From NCBI GenBank assembly GCA_946629885.1, contig CAMOYI010000014.1:2013-66012 (forward strand): 64,000 bases of DNA, given 5' to 3'. This DNA is from an uncultured Mycoplasmatota bacterium (lineage in GTDB: Bacteria > Bacillota_I > Bacilli_A > RF39 > UBA660). Positions 40,321 through 50,340 of the stretch are shown here, in pieces. The notes below the pieces were generated by a model, which searched no databases, was not told the origin of the DNA, and saw only the letters and a program-made list of their open reading frames with translations. Within the stretch, counting starts at the first letter, position 1; each line of letters opens with the position of its first letter. Made by a program: the position numbers and the translations under genes.

Positions 40321-40605
40321 TCATCTATTGAACAATGTGAGCAACTTTTTTATCCCATAAATCATCTTCTTTACAAATAGTTTACTCAAGTATATTCCAA
40401 GAATTTGAGAAAGAAAAAAATATACATGTATTCTCCCGTTATCGATTTTATACAGTGCGACCATAAATAATATGGAGACAAGGGGCAGAAGAATTAGTAT
40501 TGCCCAATTTTTTCTTAGCCTATTGACAATTAAATATATGGTATACTGTATTATTCCGAGAATTAAGAATAGAATGATTGATTGGAATTGTTCTCTAATG
40601 TTCAC
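40321..40605 (-). CDS. yabQ: Small membrane protein, YabQ-like (spore cortex biosynthesis) by position
   Basis: 94 aa with two or three TM helices. The 4-bp overlap with yabP is read from the sequence. The yabP-yabQ-divIC gene order matches Bacillus. Confidence 0.4.
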   Translation of the reverse strand: MNIREQFQSIILFLILGIIQYTIYLIVNRLRKNWAILILLPLVSILFMVALYKIDNGRIHVYFFLSQILGIYLSKLFVKKMIYGIKKLLTLFNR

Positions 40606-40889
40606 TTGAATAACCTATTTAAGAAGCTTCCATCTTTTTCTGTTTTTTTTCCATCAAGATACTCAAGACTGTTAATGAGACCTTTAATTGCGACCTTTCC
40701 TTCGATAGTATCTAACTTTACCATTTCCAGTTCTTGTCCGCGTATTAGCAAAATGCCAAGATTAGTATCTAGTAAAAACTCTTCGTTGTCAAAACTTTCA
40801 ATCTTCTTTACTCCTCCTAACACAATATTTTTTCTTTCATTAATATTCATATAGTTGTTAACTATTCTACTTTCCGAAGATTTATCCAT
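40602..40889 (-). CDS. yabP: Sporulation protein YabP
   Basis: LGGVKKIESFDNEEFLLDTNLGILLIRGQELEMVKLDTIEGKVAIKG matches the YabP family core. Confidence 0.75.
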   Translation of the reverse strand: MDKSSESRIVNNYMNINERKNIVLGGVKKIESFDNEEFLLDTNLGILLIRGQELEMVKLDTIEGKVAIKGLINSLEYLDGKKTEKDGSFLNRLFK

Positions 40890-40928
40890 TGTATCACCAA
40901 TAAAATATATGTAAAAAAAAAGAAAAGA

Positions 40929-41207
40929 TTACTCCTCTACAGTTTCATCTTTAATTTTGTTATATTCTTCGATTATAGTGTCGTTAAACATTTTTCTCGT
41001 TTCTTCGTTAATTGGATGGCAAGTGTCTTTATGCTCTCCGTTAGCCATTTTCTTACTTGGCATTGCTGCAAATAGTGTTCCATCTTGTCTTTCGATTATT
41101 CTAATGTTTTCGATTGCAAAACAATCATCTAACTCGACATAGGCAGTTCCTTTCATCCTAGGATTGACATTTTCAACTTTTCTAACTGATACTTTTGTGA
41201 TTTTCAT
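40929..41207 (-). CDS. spoVG: Septation/sporulation regulator SpoVG
   Basis: MKITKVSVRKVENVNPRMKGTAYVELDDCFAIENIRIIERQDGTLFAAMPSKK. Start trimmed to the ATG at 41207 (GAGGGAG RBS). Confidence 0.9.
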   Translation of the reverse strand: MKITKVSVRKVENVNPRMKGTAYVELDDCFAIENIRIIERQDGTLFAAMPSKKMANGEHKDTCHPINEETRKMFNDTIIEEYNKIKDETVEE

Positions 41208-41274
41208 ATAAAACTCCCTCTTTCTAAGTCTCAATCTATAATAATTTTATAATATGATTAAGAAAAATGCAAGA

Positions 41275-41487
41275 TTAAATAAATGAGAGTACAACCTCTT
41301 TACTTATCAATTCGGAGTAGCTGAACGTTCTTATAGAATTACCGGTATTAATTGTAAAAATTTTCGGATATAAATCTTCTAATACTCCTATAAATGAGTC
41401 AGTTTTATTTCGCATGCCATATACTTTTACCTGAACTCTTTCTCCTTTATGTTTAAATAAATTATCTCGTATCACATATGGATTCAT
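41275..41487 (-). CDS. veg: Veg-like biofilm/sporulation small protein
   Basis: 70-aa protein with Veg-like core (…YPKIFTI…FSYSELISKEVVLSF) and position between yabG and spoVG. Confidence 0.6.
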   Translation of the reverse strand: MNPYVIRDNLFKHKGERVQVKVYGMRNKTDSFIGVLEDLYPKIFTINTGNSIRTFSYSELISKEVVLSFI

Positions 41488-42263
41488 TATCTAGGGTATC
41501 CGACGTACATTACGCCTTGTCCCATTATCCCTCCCATCCCGTCATGGCCATATTTTGTTCTTTCGAGCAAGTCAATCAAGTCTATGTCTTTATTTCTTTC
41601 GGTTAAAGCAACTGTTACGGCAATTATCGCTGGATCTAAAGCATGTATATTTACTCTTTTAGGACTCGACGCATAGTTTGCTCCTGCTTTAATAAGTTCT
41701 TCATAATTACTCTGACATGCGCCGGCAATTATTACTAACTTATCATGAGATTTTTCATATATACGCGCCTTTTGTACACTTTTAATAAAGTTTAATGAGT
41801 TTTGATAATTCGCGCTATCATTTTTATCGTTCTTTTTTTTATAGTATGCATCGTGTCCTGTTATTATAACTATGTCGGGTTTAAATTCGCTAAGATATTT
41901 ATTTATTACTTTTGGCAATTCACTTTCTTTAATATTTTTCCCAATGGCATATACTCCTGTTTTTTTATAAAAGTCTAAGCATCTATTTAAATAGTCAACG
42001 TCACCATCAAAATGAAGTACTTTTCCCGGCAAATAAAAGTATTCGCTCCTATCTAAAAGGATTTTATCTTGGACCCTATAGGTATAGTCTTCTCTATCTT
42101 CTTCCTTTTCAACTTTAATTAAATCATCTAAAGGACTATCAGCATATAGTCTAACATCAACACCTTTTAAGTAGGCAATATCATTCTCTATATTCATCAC
42201 GATAAAAACAGTATCGTTATCGTGTGATATTCTAGTTACATAATCTCCTTTTTTTATAATCAT
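41487..42263 (-). CDS. yabG: Sporulation-specific protease YabG (peptidase U57)
   Basis: N-terminus MIIKKGDYVTRISHDNDTVFIVMNIE...VDVRLYADSPLDDL resembles YabG. Synteny ksgA-yabG-veg. Confidence 0.7.
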   Translation of the reverse strand: MIIKKGDYVTRISHDNDTVFIVMNIENDIAYLKGVDVRLYADSPLDDLIKVEKEEDREDYTYRVQDKILLDRSEYFYLPGKVLHFDGDVDYLNRCLDFYKKTGVYAIGKNIKESELPKVINKYLSEFKPDIVIITGHDAYYKKKNDKNDSANYQNSLNFIKSVQKARIYEKSHDKLVIIAGACQSNYEELIKAGANYASSPKRVNIHALDPAIIAVTVALTERNKDIDLIDLLERTKYGHDGMGGIMGQGVMYVGYPR

Positions 42264-42581
42264 AAGTTCACCTATAAGAAGTATATTTTTAAAACAAAAA
42301 AAAAGACTAAGCTTTTTTATTAAATACGATAAATTTACTAAATAAATAGTTTAAAACAAGTATTATTACCTGAACTATAATTTGGAAAAATATCTTTTAA
42401 CCCAACAAGAGAAGTATGCAAATGTTACACAAGACAACCAAGAAATAACGGTACGGATTTGTATATTTATTTAGCTATCCTCTATTAATCTTAATTCTTT
42501 TAATAAAAAATAAGTTAACATGCTAATAAGCGTAGTCATTGCGCCTATTATTACGTAATAAACCATTTCTGTTATATTTTT

Positions 42582-43382
42582 CTATCTTTCATGTTTAGAG
42601 TTCTTTTGTGATTTTGTAAGATCAATGAAAGTATCTAAGTCGATTTCTTCTGCCCTCACGTCTTCCTTAAATCCATGTTTTGTAACTATCTCTAAAATTA
42701 AATTTCTATCGATACTTTTTAAGTTATTGAGAAGTGTTTTTCTCTTAAATTGAAAGCTCTCTTTTATAACTTTTTTAAAATCGTAATAGTTTACGTCATT
42801 TTTATCTTGCTTTAGACTCAATTGTATAACAGCACTGTCTACATTTGGAACGGGGTAAAAACACGTTCTTTTTACATCAACAATTTTTTTAATTTCATAA
42901 TTAAAATTTAGTAGTACCGTCATATATCCATAATTCTTTGTGTGAGGTTTAGCTGCTAATCTATCGGCAACTTCTTTTTGTACCATGACAGTGATGGATT
43001 TAATAGCAGTGTTTGACTCAATAATTTTTTCAAGTATTGCAGTCGTAATGTAATACGGAAGATTGCCTATTACATATATGTCATTATGTGGAATATTGCG
43101 TATATAAGAGTTTAAATCCACCTTTAGAAAATCCTCAAATATTATTTTTGTCTTTTTATTTTCTAAAGGTATGAGATATTTGGAAGTGTCTTTATCTATT
43201 TCAAAAGCTATATAATTAGAATTATACTGAATTAACCTCTTTGTAAGTGCTCCGCTTCCAGGACCAATTTCAATTATTATATCGTCATTATTAGGATTAA
43301 TTGACGTGACTATTTTATTAATGATATTTGGATCATTTAAAAAGTTTTGACCAAATTTTTTTTTGAAATTAAAGTTAGCCAT
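42582..43382 (-). CDS. rsmA: 16S rRNA (adenine1518/1519-N6)-dimethyltransferase
   Basis: FKKKFGQNFLNDPNIINKIV. Start trimmed to MANFNF. Confidence 0.9.
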   Translation of the reverse strand: MANFNFKKKFGQNFLNDPNIINKIVTSINPNNDDIIIEIGPGSGALTKRLIQYNSNYIAFEIDKDTSKYLIPLENKKTKIIFEDFLKVDLNSYIRNIPHNDIYVIGNLPYYITTAILEKIIESNTAIKSITVMVQKEVADRLAAKPHTKNYGYMTVLLNFNYEIKKIVDVKRTCFYPVPNVDSAVIQLSLKQDKNDVNYYDFKKVIKESFQFKRKTLLNNLKSIDRNLILEIVTKHGFKEDVRAEEIDLDTFIDLTKSQKNSKHER

Positions 43383-43430
43383 TTTTTTCACCAACTAGAT
43401 TGTATCATTATTTTTATAAAATAAAAAGAC

Positions 43431-43970
43431 TTAAGCTTTAGCTTTAGTCCATCCAAATCTTAAAACCTCATAATATATATGTCTTCTACCAATACTTTCA
43501 GTTGCAAATTGTTCCGACTGAACTAATAAATCTAATGCAGTTCCTGTAACTCCTCGGTCGAGTACTATGGCGGTCATCTGTTCATCTGCGACAAATGGGT
43601 TTGTAAATCGGACAATCGATCCACATGGAAGATTCTTGGATGATGCAACTATATTTACAAGACCATATGTGCTATCTTGATACGTTGTTGTACCGTCCAA
43701 TACATTTTGACCAGTACATCCCAAAGAACCATTACAAAGAGGACAATTAGCAGCATATCCGGTCAAATCACCACTATAAGTATCTAGCACAGAGTATATA
43801 TCGCTCAAATTAAAATTCTCAATAACCTTTGCCATTGCATTCAAATTTAAATTTTTATTTAAATTGTTATTTGTAGATTTAGATTCATTTATCACACTGC
43901 TATTTTTAAAGCAAAGTATAATAGACAATACGAGACAAATACAAATGAATTTAACAACTTTTTTCATCAT
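43431..43970 (-). CDS. Secreted 3D-domain protein (YabE/RlpA-like cell-wall-binding)
   Basis: Signal peptide. C-terminal VLDRGVTGTALDLL... carries the 3D-domain Asp pattern. Confidence 0.5.
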   Translation of the reverse strand: MMKKVVKFICICLVLSIILCFKNSSVINESKSTNNNLNKNLNLNAMAKVIENFNLSDIYSVLDTYSGDLTGYAANCPLCNGSLGCTGQNVLDGTTTYQDSTYGLVNIVASSKNLPCGSIVRFTNPFVADEQMTAIVLDRGVTGTALDLLVQSEQFATESIGRRHIYYEVLRFGWTKAKA

Positions 43971-44006
43971 AAAATCTCCTTAAATAGCATTTTATCACAT
44001 GTCCAG

Positions 44007-44753
44007 TTATATGTCAAAAATATCCTTTACATTCTGTTCGGTAATTCTTGCCAATTCATCAATGCTTATGTTTTTAATAGACGATATGAATTCTGCAATT
44101 TTAATGATATTTGCCGGCTCATTTCTTGTCCCTCTTAATGGTTCCGGAGATAGATAAGGTGAATCGGTTTCTAAAACGATGGATTCAAGTGGTATTTTTT
44201 CGAGTACCTCACGAAATTTTGAATTCTTAAAAGTAATAACTCCATTCATACCGAGTTTATATCCCATTTTAATATATTCTTTTGCAGTTTCGAGACTACC
44301 CGTAAAACAATGAATAACACCTTTTACTTTTGGATACATTTTTAGTATATCAATCGTATCTTTTGTTGCATCCCTCGAATGAACGATTACGGGTTTATTG
44401 TATTTTTGTGCTAGCTCAAGCTGAACAATAAATAGCCTTTTTTCTGTGTCTTTATCGAAATTATCGTAGTGATAATCTAGTCCTATTTCTCCAATCGCAA
44501 CTATACGATCGATATTTTGCTCGATAAATTGAACGTCGCCTTCGTTATAATGCTTTACTTCTGGATGTATTCCTAATGCCGCATAAACTTCAGGGTATTT
44601 ATTACAAATATCTAAAACTTCCCGATTTGATTTGGTATCAGTTCCATTATTTATAATTTTTTTAATTCCAGAATTCCGAGCTTTTGTAACAATATCAGGC
44701 ATATCTTTCTCGTAGTATTCACTAAATATATGACAATGCGTATCAGTAAACAT
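44007..44753 (-). CDS. tatD: TatD-family metal-dependent DNase/hydrolase
   Basis: MFTDTHCH N-terminal motif and ...GEIGLDYH. Confidence 0.85.
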   Translation of the reverse strand: MFTDTHCHIFSEYYEKDMPDIVTKARNSGIKKIINNGTDTKSNREVLDICNKYPEVYAALGIHPEVKHYNEGDVQFIEQNIDRIVAIGEIGLDYHYDNFDKDTEKRLFIVQLELAQKYNKPVIVHSRDATKDTIDILKMYPKVKGVIHCFTGSLETAKEYIKMGYKLGMNGVITFKNSKFREVLEKIPLESIVLETDSPYLSPEPLRGTRNEPANIIKIAEFISSIKNISIDELARITEQNVKDIFDI

Positions 44754-44812
44754 TTTATCACCGAAATAATTATATAAATTTTCTTTGTAAATGTAAAATA
44801 AAAAAGTGAGAC

Positions 44813-46339
44813 CTACTCACTTTGTATTCTTTCAAATAACGGACTTGGTGTTTTAGATACCGTATATTTTAAATTATCAATAAATTTGGCCTCTTTAAAA
44901 CTGTTATTTTCTGAATTAATAGTTTCAATAACTTTTTTAGTACTCGTCGGCATAAATGGCATCAATAGTATATTAGATACTCTTATAGCTTCGAGCAAAT
45001 TATAAAGAACTGTTTCAAGTCTTCCTTTTTTAGTTTCATCCTTGGCAAGCACCCAAGGTGTCGTATCATCTATATATTTATTACAAGCTCTAAGCAAATC
45101 AAATATATTTTCTAATATTTTAGAAATTTGTAATTCGTCTAATAGTTTATCGGTTCTTGACTTAAGTGAACTAATATCATCAACTAGTGGTTTGTCAATA
45201 TCTTCGTTAACTTTAGAATTACTAATCGTGCCGTCAAAATATTTGTTAGCCATGCCCACTGTTCTATTGACTAGATTTCCCCATACATTAGCAAGGTCAC
45301 TATTTATTCTTCCGATTAATGCTTCTTCTGAGAAATTGCCATCAGAACCAAACGGTATTTCTCTTAAAACATAATATCGAACTGCGTCTTTTCCATATTT
45401 TTCAATATATTCTCTAGGATCTCTATAGTTGCCTAAACTTTTAGAAATTTTACCGCCATCTATAATTAACCATCCGTGGCCAAATACTTTTTTTGGAAGC
45501 GGCAAATCTAATGCCATTAACATAATTGGCCATATTATCGTGTGAAATCTAACTATTTCTTTTCCTACTATATGCACATCTGCAGGCCAATATTTCTTCA
45601 TAAGGGTCTCATCATCACTCAAGTAACCTAAAGCAGTTAAGTAGTTCGATAACGCATCTATCCAGACATATACTACGTGATTAGTATCAAAAGTAACAGG
45701 AATCCCCCACTTAAAACTTGTCCTAGATACACATAAATCTTCGAGGCCAGGTTTAATAAAATTGTTAATCATCTCATTTTTTCTTGATTCAGGTTGAATA
45801 AAATCAGGGTGTTCTTCTATATATTTTTCGAGCCTGTCTTGATAATTGGATAGTTTTAAGAAATATGCTTCTTCCTTTACTAGCTGAACTTCTCTACCGC
45901 AGTCTGGACACTTTCCTTCTACTAATTGTGTTTCTGTCCAAAACGATTCACAAGGAGTGCAGTATAAACCTTTGTATTCACCTTTGTATATGTCTCCTTG
46001 ATCGTATAGTTTCTTAAATACCTTTTGTACACATTTTACGTGATCTTCATCTGTAGTTCTAATAAACCTGTCATATGAGATATCTAACTGTTTCCATAAA
46101 TCTTTCGCATTTGCTACAATTTTATCTACATATTCTTTTGGTGTAACACCAGTTTCACTTGCCTTTTTTTCTATTTTTTGTCCATGCTCATCGCTACCAG
46201 TAAGAAAAAATGTATCAAATCCATCAAGTCTTTTATATCTCGCAATTGAGTCTGCAATTATTGTACTGTAACAATGTCCTATATGAAAATTTGCAGATGG
46301 ATAATAAATGGGTGTGGTAATATAAAAATTTTTGTTCAT
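44813..46339 (-). CDS. metG: Methionine--tRNA ligase (short form)
   Basis: HIGH motif (NFHIGHCYS), KMSKS motif (KISKSLGN) and a zinc knuckle CPDCG. Confidence 0.95.
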   Translation of the reverse strand: MNKNFYITTPIYYPSANFHIGHCYSTIIADSIARYKRLDGFDTFFLTGSDEHGQKIEKKASETGVTPKEYVDKIVANAKDLWKQLDISYDRFIRTTDEDHVKCVQKVFKKLYDQGDIYKGEYKGLYCTPCESFWTETQLVEGKCPDCGREVQLVKEEAYFLKLSNYQDRLEKYIEEHPDFIQPESRKNEMINNFIKPGLEDLCVSRTSFKWGIPVTFDTNHVVYVWIDALSNYLTALGYLSDDETLMKKYWPADVHIVGKEIVRFHTIIWPIMLMALDLPLPKKVFGHGWLIIDGGKISKSLGNYRDPREYIEKYGKDAVRYYVLREIPFGSDGNFSEEALIGRINSDLANVWGNLVNRTVGMANKYFDGTISNSKVNEDIDKPLVDDISSLKSRTDKLLDELQISKILENIFDLLRACNKYIDDTTPWVLAKDETKKGRLETVLYNLLEAIRVSNILLMPFMPTSTKKVIETINSENNSFKEAKFIDNLKYTVSKTPSPLFERIQSE

Positions 46340-46344
46340 AATAT

Positions 46345-46581
46345 CTTCCTTTCATAAAAAAAATCACGAACTAAAGGACGAAATAAAATCCGCGGTACCA
46401 CCTTAATTCATGATTACATGCACTTTTGATCTTTAACGATATCACCCGATTGAACTCCAAAACCATGTTCAACTATTTCGTATATTCTTTTTCACCAAGC
46501 AAGAACTCTCTAAAATACTACGTAGTCTACTCTTTTCTTCATCGCTCATTGCGTTAACTATACCACACAATAAGGACAATA
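46345..46581 (-). promoter_or_regulatory. T-box riboswitch leader of metG (Met specifier)
   Basis: Minus-strand RNA contains AAUUAAGGUGGUACCGCGG at 46390..46408 (T-box consensus AAUUAGGGUGGNACCGCG), followed by a U8 run and the RBS. There is a candidate AUG specifier (GCGAUGAAG) about 140 nt upstream. Confidence 0.55.
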
Positions 46582-47094
46582 TCAATAATTGTTTAATCTA
46601 TTTTCTATTATTTCTTTTAACAACAAAATGATATAGTTATTCGTTTTATTATTGCACAATTCCAGTAGTACACCCTCATTTGCACTATCAATATTTATAG
46701 CAGTAATATTGAAATCGCCTGAATTATATATTTTTTCCCCTAAAGTTATCTTATCTATTTTTATTGCAGTATTTGAGATAAAAAGCTTTATTTCATTTGT
46801 AGTGTTGATTTCTTTATATTCATCTGCACTCGCTGATATAGAGCGACTATTATCAAAGATAATATAATCATTTCCGGTTACCTTTTTTGCTAGGGATAAA
46901 AGTCTATTTAATTCAACTACTACACTCGTTAAAACTGAGTATTTTTCAATTTTGACTGCACTATCTACTATAGAAATATTTAAAGAATCACTACTTAATA
47001 TATGTAATTTTTTTCTAATATCTCGAGGTATAACAATTCGACCAAGTTCATCTATTTTTCTAATACATCCATTTTCTTTCAAAATAATCACCAT
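46582..47094 (-). CDS. spoVT: Stage V sporulation protein T (AbrB-family regulator with a GAF-like C-terminus)
   Basis: N-terminal SpoVT/AbrB swapped-hairpin motif IRKIDELGRIVIPRDIRKKL. About 170 aa. Position directly downstream of mfd, as in Bacillus. Confidence 0.75.
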   Translation of the reverse strand: MVIILKENGCIRKIDELGRIVIPRDIRKKLHILSSDSLNISIVDSAVKIEKYSVLTSVVVELNRLLSLAKKVTGNDYIIFDNSRSISASADEYKEINTTNEIKLFISNTAIKIDKITLGEKIYNSGDFNITAINIDSANEGVLLELCNNKTNNYIILLLKEIIENRLNNY

Positions 47095-47112
47095 TATTAT
47101 TGTTGTTAATAA

Positions 47113-50100
47113 TCATGGTTTTATACTTATCAAGTCATTTAACATTATTACTATATCGTACATGTAATAAATGTAGTTTTTTTTAAGATTAACTGTTTTC
47201 ATTAGTATTACTATTTTCTTGTTTCTATAGCTGATCTTTATGTTTGGATTGACATTATATAGTTGTAAGAATAACTTTTCCCCGTTGATGCAGGCGCTCG
47301 ATTCTTCTGACAAAATAATGGTAATATCATTCTCAGTTTTAATTATGTTGAGATTAAGTCTTTCGACATAATTATCAACCAATTGTTTAAGCATGTATAT
47401 TTCGATTGTTTCATCGATTTTTCCAAATCTATCCTCTAGTTCTGATTTTACTTCCTGTAAGTCCGATTTACTAGAAATGCTATTAATCATTTTATGTATT
47501 TCTATTTTGACAGCATCATCGGAAACATACTCATCTGAAATATGATTTGAAACATCGAGAGAACTCTTTTTTTGTTCTTCATTATTTGGAGTAACTCCAT
47601 CTTTGATAGCTTCAACTTCCTCGTTTATCATTTTTGTATAGAGATCTATTCCGACTGAATTAATGAATCCAGCTTGTTCGCTACCTAATAAATCTCCAGC
47701 ACCTCTTATGGATAAGTCTCTCATTGCTATCTTGTATCCACTTCCAAGTGCAGTAAATTCTTTGATAGAATTTAGCCTTTTTTCTGCAATTTCAGATAAT
47801 ATTTTTCTAGGATTATACATTAAAAACGCATATGCTATCCTATCTGAACGTCCAACTCTACCCCTAATCTGATATAGTTGGCTTAAACCAAATTTGTCTG
47901 CATCTATAATTATTATTGTATTGACGTTTGATATATCGATACCGGTCTCAATTATGGTCGTACAAACTAGTATATCATATTCTTTATTGACGAATCTTTC
48001 CATAGTATCGTTAATCAATTGACTATCTTGTTTTCCATGAGCACAAATAATCCTGGCTTCTGGAACAAGATTTCTAATTTTATTAGAATATGTTTCCATT
48101 TCTTCAATGTTATTAATGAGAACATATATTTGACCCTCTCTTGAAAGTTCCTTATATATTGCATCTCTAATTATTAAATCATTTTCTTCTATAACATAGG
48201 TTTGTATAGGGTATCTATTAACTGGAGGCGTATCTAGTATTGAAAGTGATCTAAGACCACTCATTGCCATCTTCAATGTTCTTGGTATTGGTGTTGCTGA
48301 CAGGGTAAGCACGTTTACATCATCTTTTATTTTTTTTATTTTTTCTTTATGTGTTACACCAAATCTTTGTTCTTCATCAATGACAAGTAATCCGAGCCTT
48401 TTAAATTTTATACCGTCGTTAAGTAGCTTGTGTGTACCTATTACGATATCTACAGTACCATCTTCAATCTTTTTATATATTTCTTTGACTTTCTTATCTG
48501 GTACGTATCTATTTAAAAGTTCGATATTAACAGGAAAGTCTTTAAATCGCTCTAATGCAGATAGATACTGTTGTCTCGATAAAATTGTAGTAGGGCAAAG
48601 ATAAGCAACCTGATGTGCATTTAATACTGTTTTGAACATTGCTCTAAATGCAACTTCGGTTTTTCCATATCCGACATCGCCACACAAAAGTCGGTCCATT
48701 GGATATTCCAAAGATAAATCGTGATTAATATCATTAATTGCCTTTTCTTGATCTGAAGTTAAAGTATAAGGAAATGAAAATGCAAATTTCATTTCTTCAT
48801 CATATTCGATATACGGAGTTGTTTTAACTTTTGCCCTATTCATATATAACTCAAGCAGTTCTTGCGATATATCGTGAATTTTTTTTCTTGTCTCAAGCTT
48901 TTTCTTTTCCCATACTGGACTATTTAGCTTGTTTAACTTTGGCGCCTCTCCTTCTCTAGTTTCATATTTAAATAACTTATCAATATTATCGACAGGTAAA
49001 TATATTTTATCTTCTCCCTGATAAAGTAACTGAATATAGTCTTTAACATAAGATTTTGATTTTAGAGTTTTAAGTCCATTATATATTCCTATACCATAAG
49101 CTTCATGTACGATATAATCTCCAACTTTAATGTCATCAAAAGACTTTATTCTGGTGCCTATACGATAGTTAGTTTTATATTTAACCTCCTTAGATTTAGT
49201 ATTATCAATATCATATGGAGAAATGACAATGTAATCACCGATTATAAAGCCTTTATTAACATTTCCTTTATAAATATTAATTCTATTTTTAACAGGCTCG
49301 TCATCTTTAATATAGGTAACATCGTTAAATAGAGATTCAATTTCGTTGATCTGTTTATCGCTGTTACATGCGACAATAATCTTTTTATCAGCTAGGTTTG
49401 ATAGACAAAAGTCTTTTAGTTTTTTTAGATCCGAATTAAAATTAGTAATTTCCCTACTTTCATAAATAATATAGTCCTTACCACTATAAGTATTTAATGT
49501 ATCGATTTTAAAACATGAATTAGGAAGTATATCTTCCAATTTAAACATAAACTGGTGATTTTCATCTAAGTTTTTACTAATTATATATTTGAACATATCT
49601 TCACAGAGTTGATTATAGGCAATTTTTATCTGATTTTCATTTATAATAAATGTACTACAATCATTCATATAGTCGTATATGCTACTAGGATTATCATCAT
49701 CAGTTTCTAAAATCCTTTTTATTTCTACAGAATCAATTTTTTCTATAGTCCTTTGTGTTAACTCATCAAACAATTTAATGCTGTCTACATCGTTATCAAA
49801 AAACTCAATTCTGATTGGGTGTTCATAGTCTATTGGAAAAATATCGACAATGTAACCCCTCACAGCATATTCACCAGTAGATGTTACAATGGATACCTTA
49901 TTATATCCAAATAAGTCTAATTTACTTAAAATTATTTCCCGGGAAATAATTGAGGGGGAGGGGTCAATCACAAATTTGTTTTCTTCCCCGATATTTGGCA
50001 AAAATTTTAGATAGCCCATTAAAGGCGTAATTAGTAAGTGTTGTTTGTTTTCTCTTTTTAGTTTTTCCATTACTTCTAATCGCTTATACATAAAGTCTGG

Positions 50101-50340
50101 TGAAACTGCGACAGCAACAGATGTTATGAAATCATCCATTGGAAAAAGAAGACAATCATCAACATATGTCTTCATTAATTTGTAAATATTATTTGCTTCG
50201 TATAGTGTATTTGTTAAAACTACAACATTTTTATCGTTATTTTTATAGTAATTTGCTATATACTGTGTAAAAAGTTCATCTGTCAATCCAAGAACTGTTT
50301 TGGTGTCATCATATTTAAATATATTATTTATGCATTTCAT
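47113..50340 (-). CDS. mfd: Transcription-repair coupling factor
   Basis: 1075 aa with helicase motifs LLCGDVGYGKTEVA and DEEQRFG and a TRG motif region. Confidence 0.95.
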   Translation of the reverse strand: MKCINNIFKYDDTKTVLGLTDELFTQYIANYYKNNDKNVVVLTNTLYEANNIYKLMKTYVDDCLLFPMDDFITSVAVAVSPDFMYKRLEVMEKLKRENKQHLLITPLMGYLKFLPNIGEENKFVIDPSPSIISREIILSKLDLFGYNKVSIVTSTGEYAVRGYIVDIFPIDYEHPIRIEFFDNDVDSIKLFDELTQRTIEKIDSVEIKRILETDDDNPSSIYDYMNDCSTFIINENQIKIAYNQLCEDMFKYIISKNLDENHQFMFKLEDILPNSCFKIDTLNTYSGKDYIIYESREITNFNSDLKKLKDFCLSNLADKKIIVACNSDKQINEIESLFNDVTYIKDDEPVKNRINIYKGNVNKGFIIGDYIVISPYDIDNTKSKEVKYKTNYRIGTRIKSFDDIKVGDYIVHEAYGIGIYNGLKTLKSKSYVKDYIQLLYQGEDKIYLPVDNIDKLFKYETREGEAPKLNKLNSPVWEKKKLETRKKIHDISQELLELYMNRAKVKTTPYIEYDEEMKFAFSFPYTLTSDQEKAINDINHDLSLEYPMDRLLCGDVGYGKTEVAFRAMFKTVLNAHQVAYLCPTTILSRQQYLSALERFKDFPVNIELLNRYVPDKKVKEIYKKIEDGTVDIVIGTHKLLNDGIKFKRLGLLVIDEEQRFGVTHKEKIKKIKDDVNVLTLSATPIPRTLKMAMSGLRSLSILDTPPVNRYPIQTYVIEENDLIIRDAIYKELSREGQIYVLINNIEEMETYSNKIRNLVPEARIICAHGKQDSQLINDTMERFVNKEYDILVCTTIIETGIDISNVNTIIIIDADKFGLSQLYQIRGRVGRSDRIAYAFLMYNPRKILSEIAEKRLNSIKEFTALGSGYKIAMRDLSIRGAGDLLGSEQAGFINSVGIDLYTKMINEEVEAIKDGVTPNNEEQKKSSLDVSNHISDEYVSDDAVKIEIHKMINSISSKSDLQEVKSELEDRFGKIDETIEIYMLKQLVDNYVERLNLNIIKTENDITIILSEESSACINGEKLFLQLYNVNPNIKISYRNKKIVILMKTVNLKKNYIYYMYDIVIMLNDLISIKP
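49929..49951. repeat. 23-nt sequence aaattatttcccgggaaataatt (containing a 22-nt perfect palindrome) inside mfd, identical to a copy at 56461..56483
   Basis: Exact 23/23 identity read directly from the sequence. Within mfd it encodes IISREIIL. Confidence 0.9.

Noticed and set aside
42264-42581. Possible small gene or ncRNA in the 318-bp ksgA-yabG spacer (a 22-codon minus-strand ORF MTTLISMLTYFLLKELRLIEDS)
   Set aside because: It is too short and featureless to support. No RBS and no conserved motif were found.
46340-46400. A clean intrinsic terminator helix for the metG T-box
   Set aside because: I could not find a convincing stem pairing the 3' T-box half with downstream sequence. Only the U-run is evident, so just the T-box motif is claimed.
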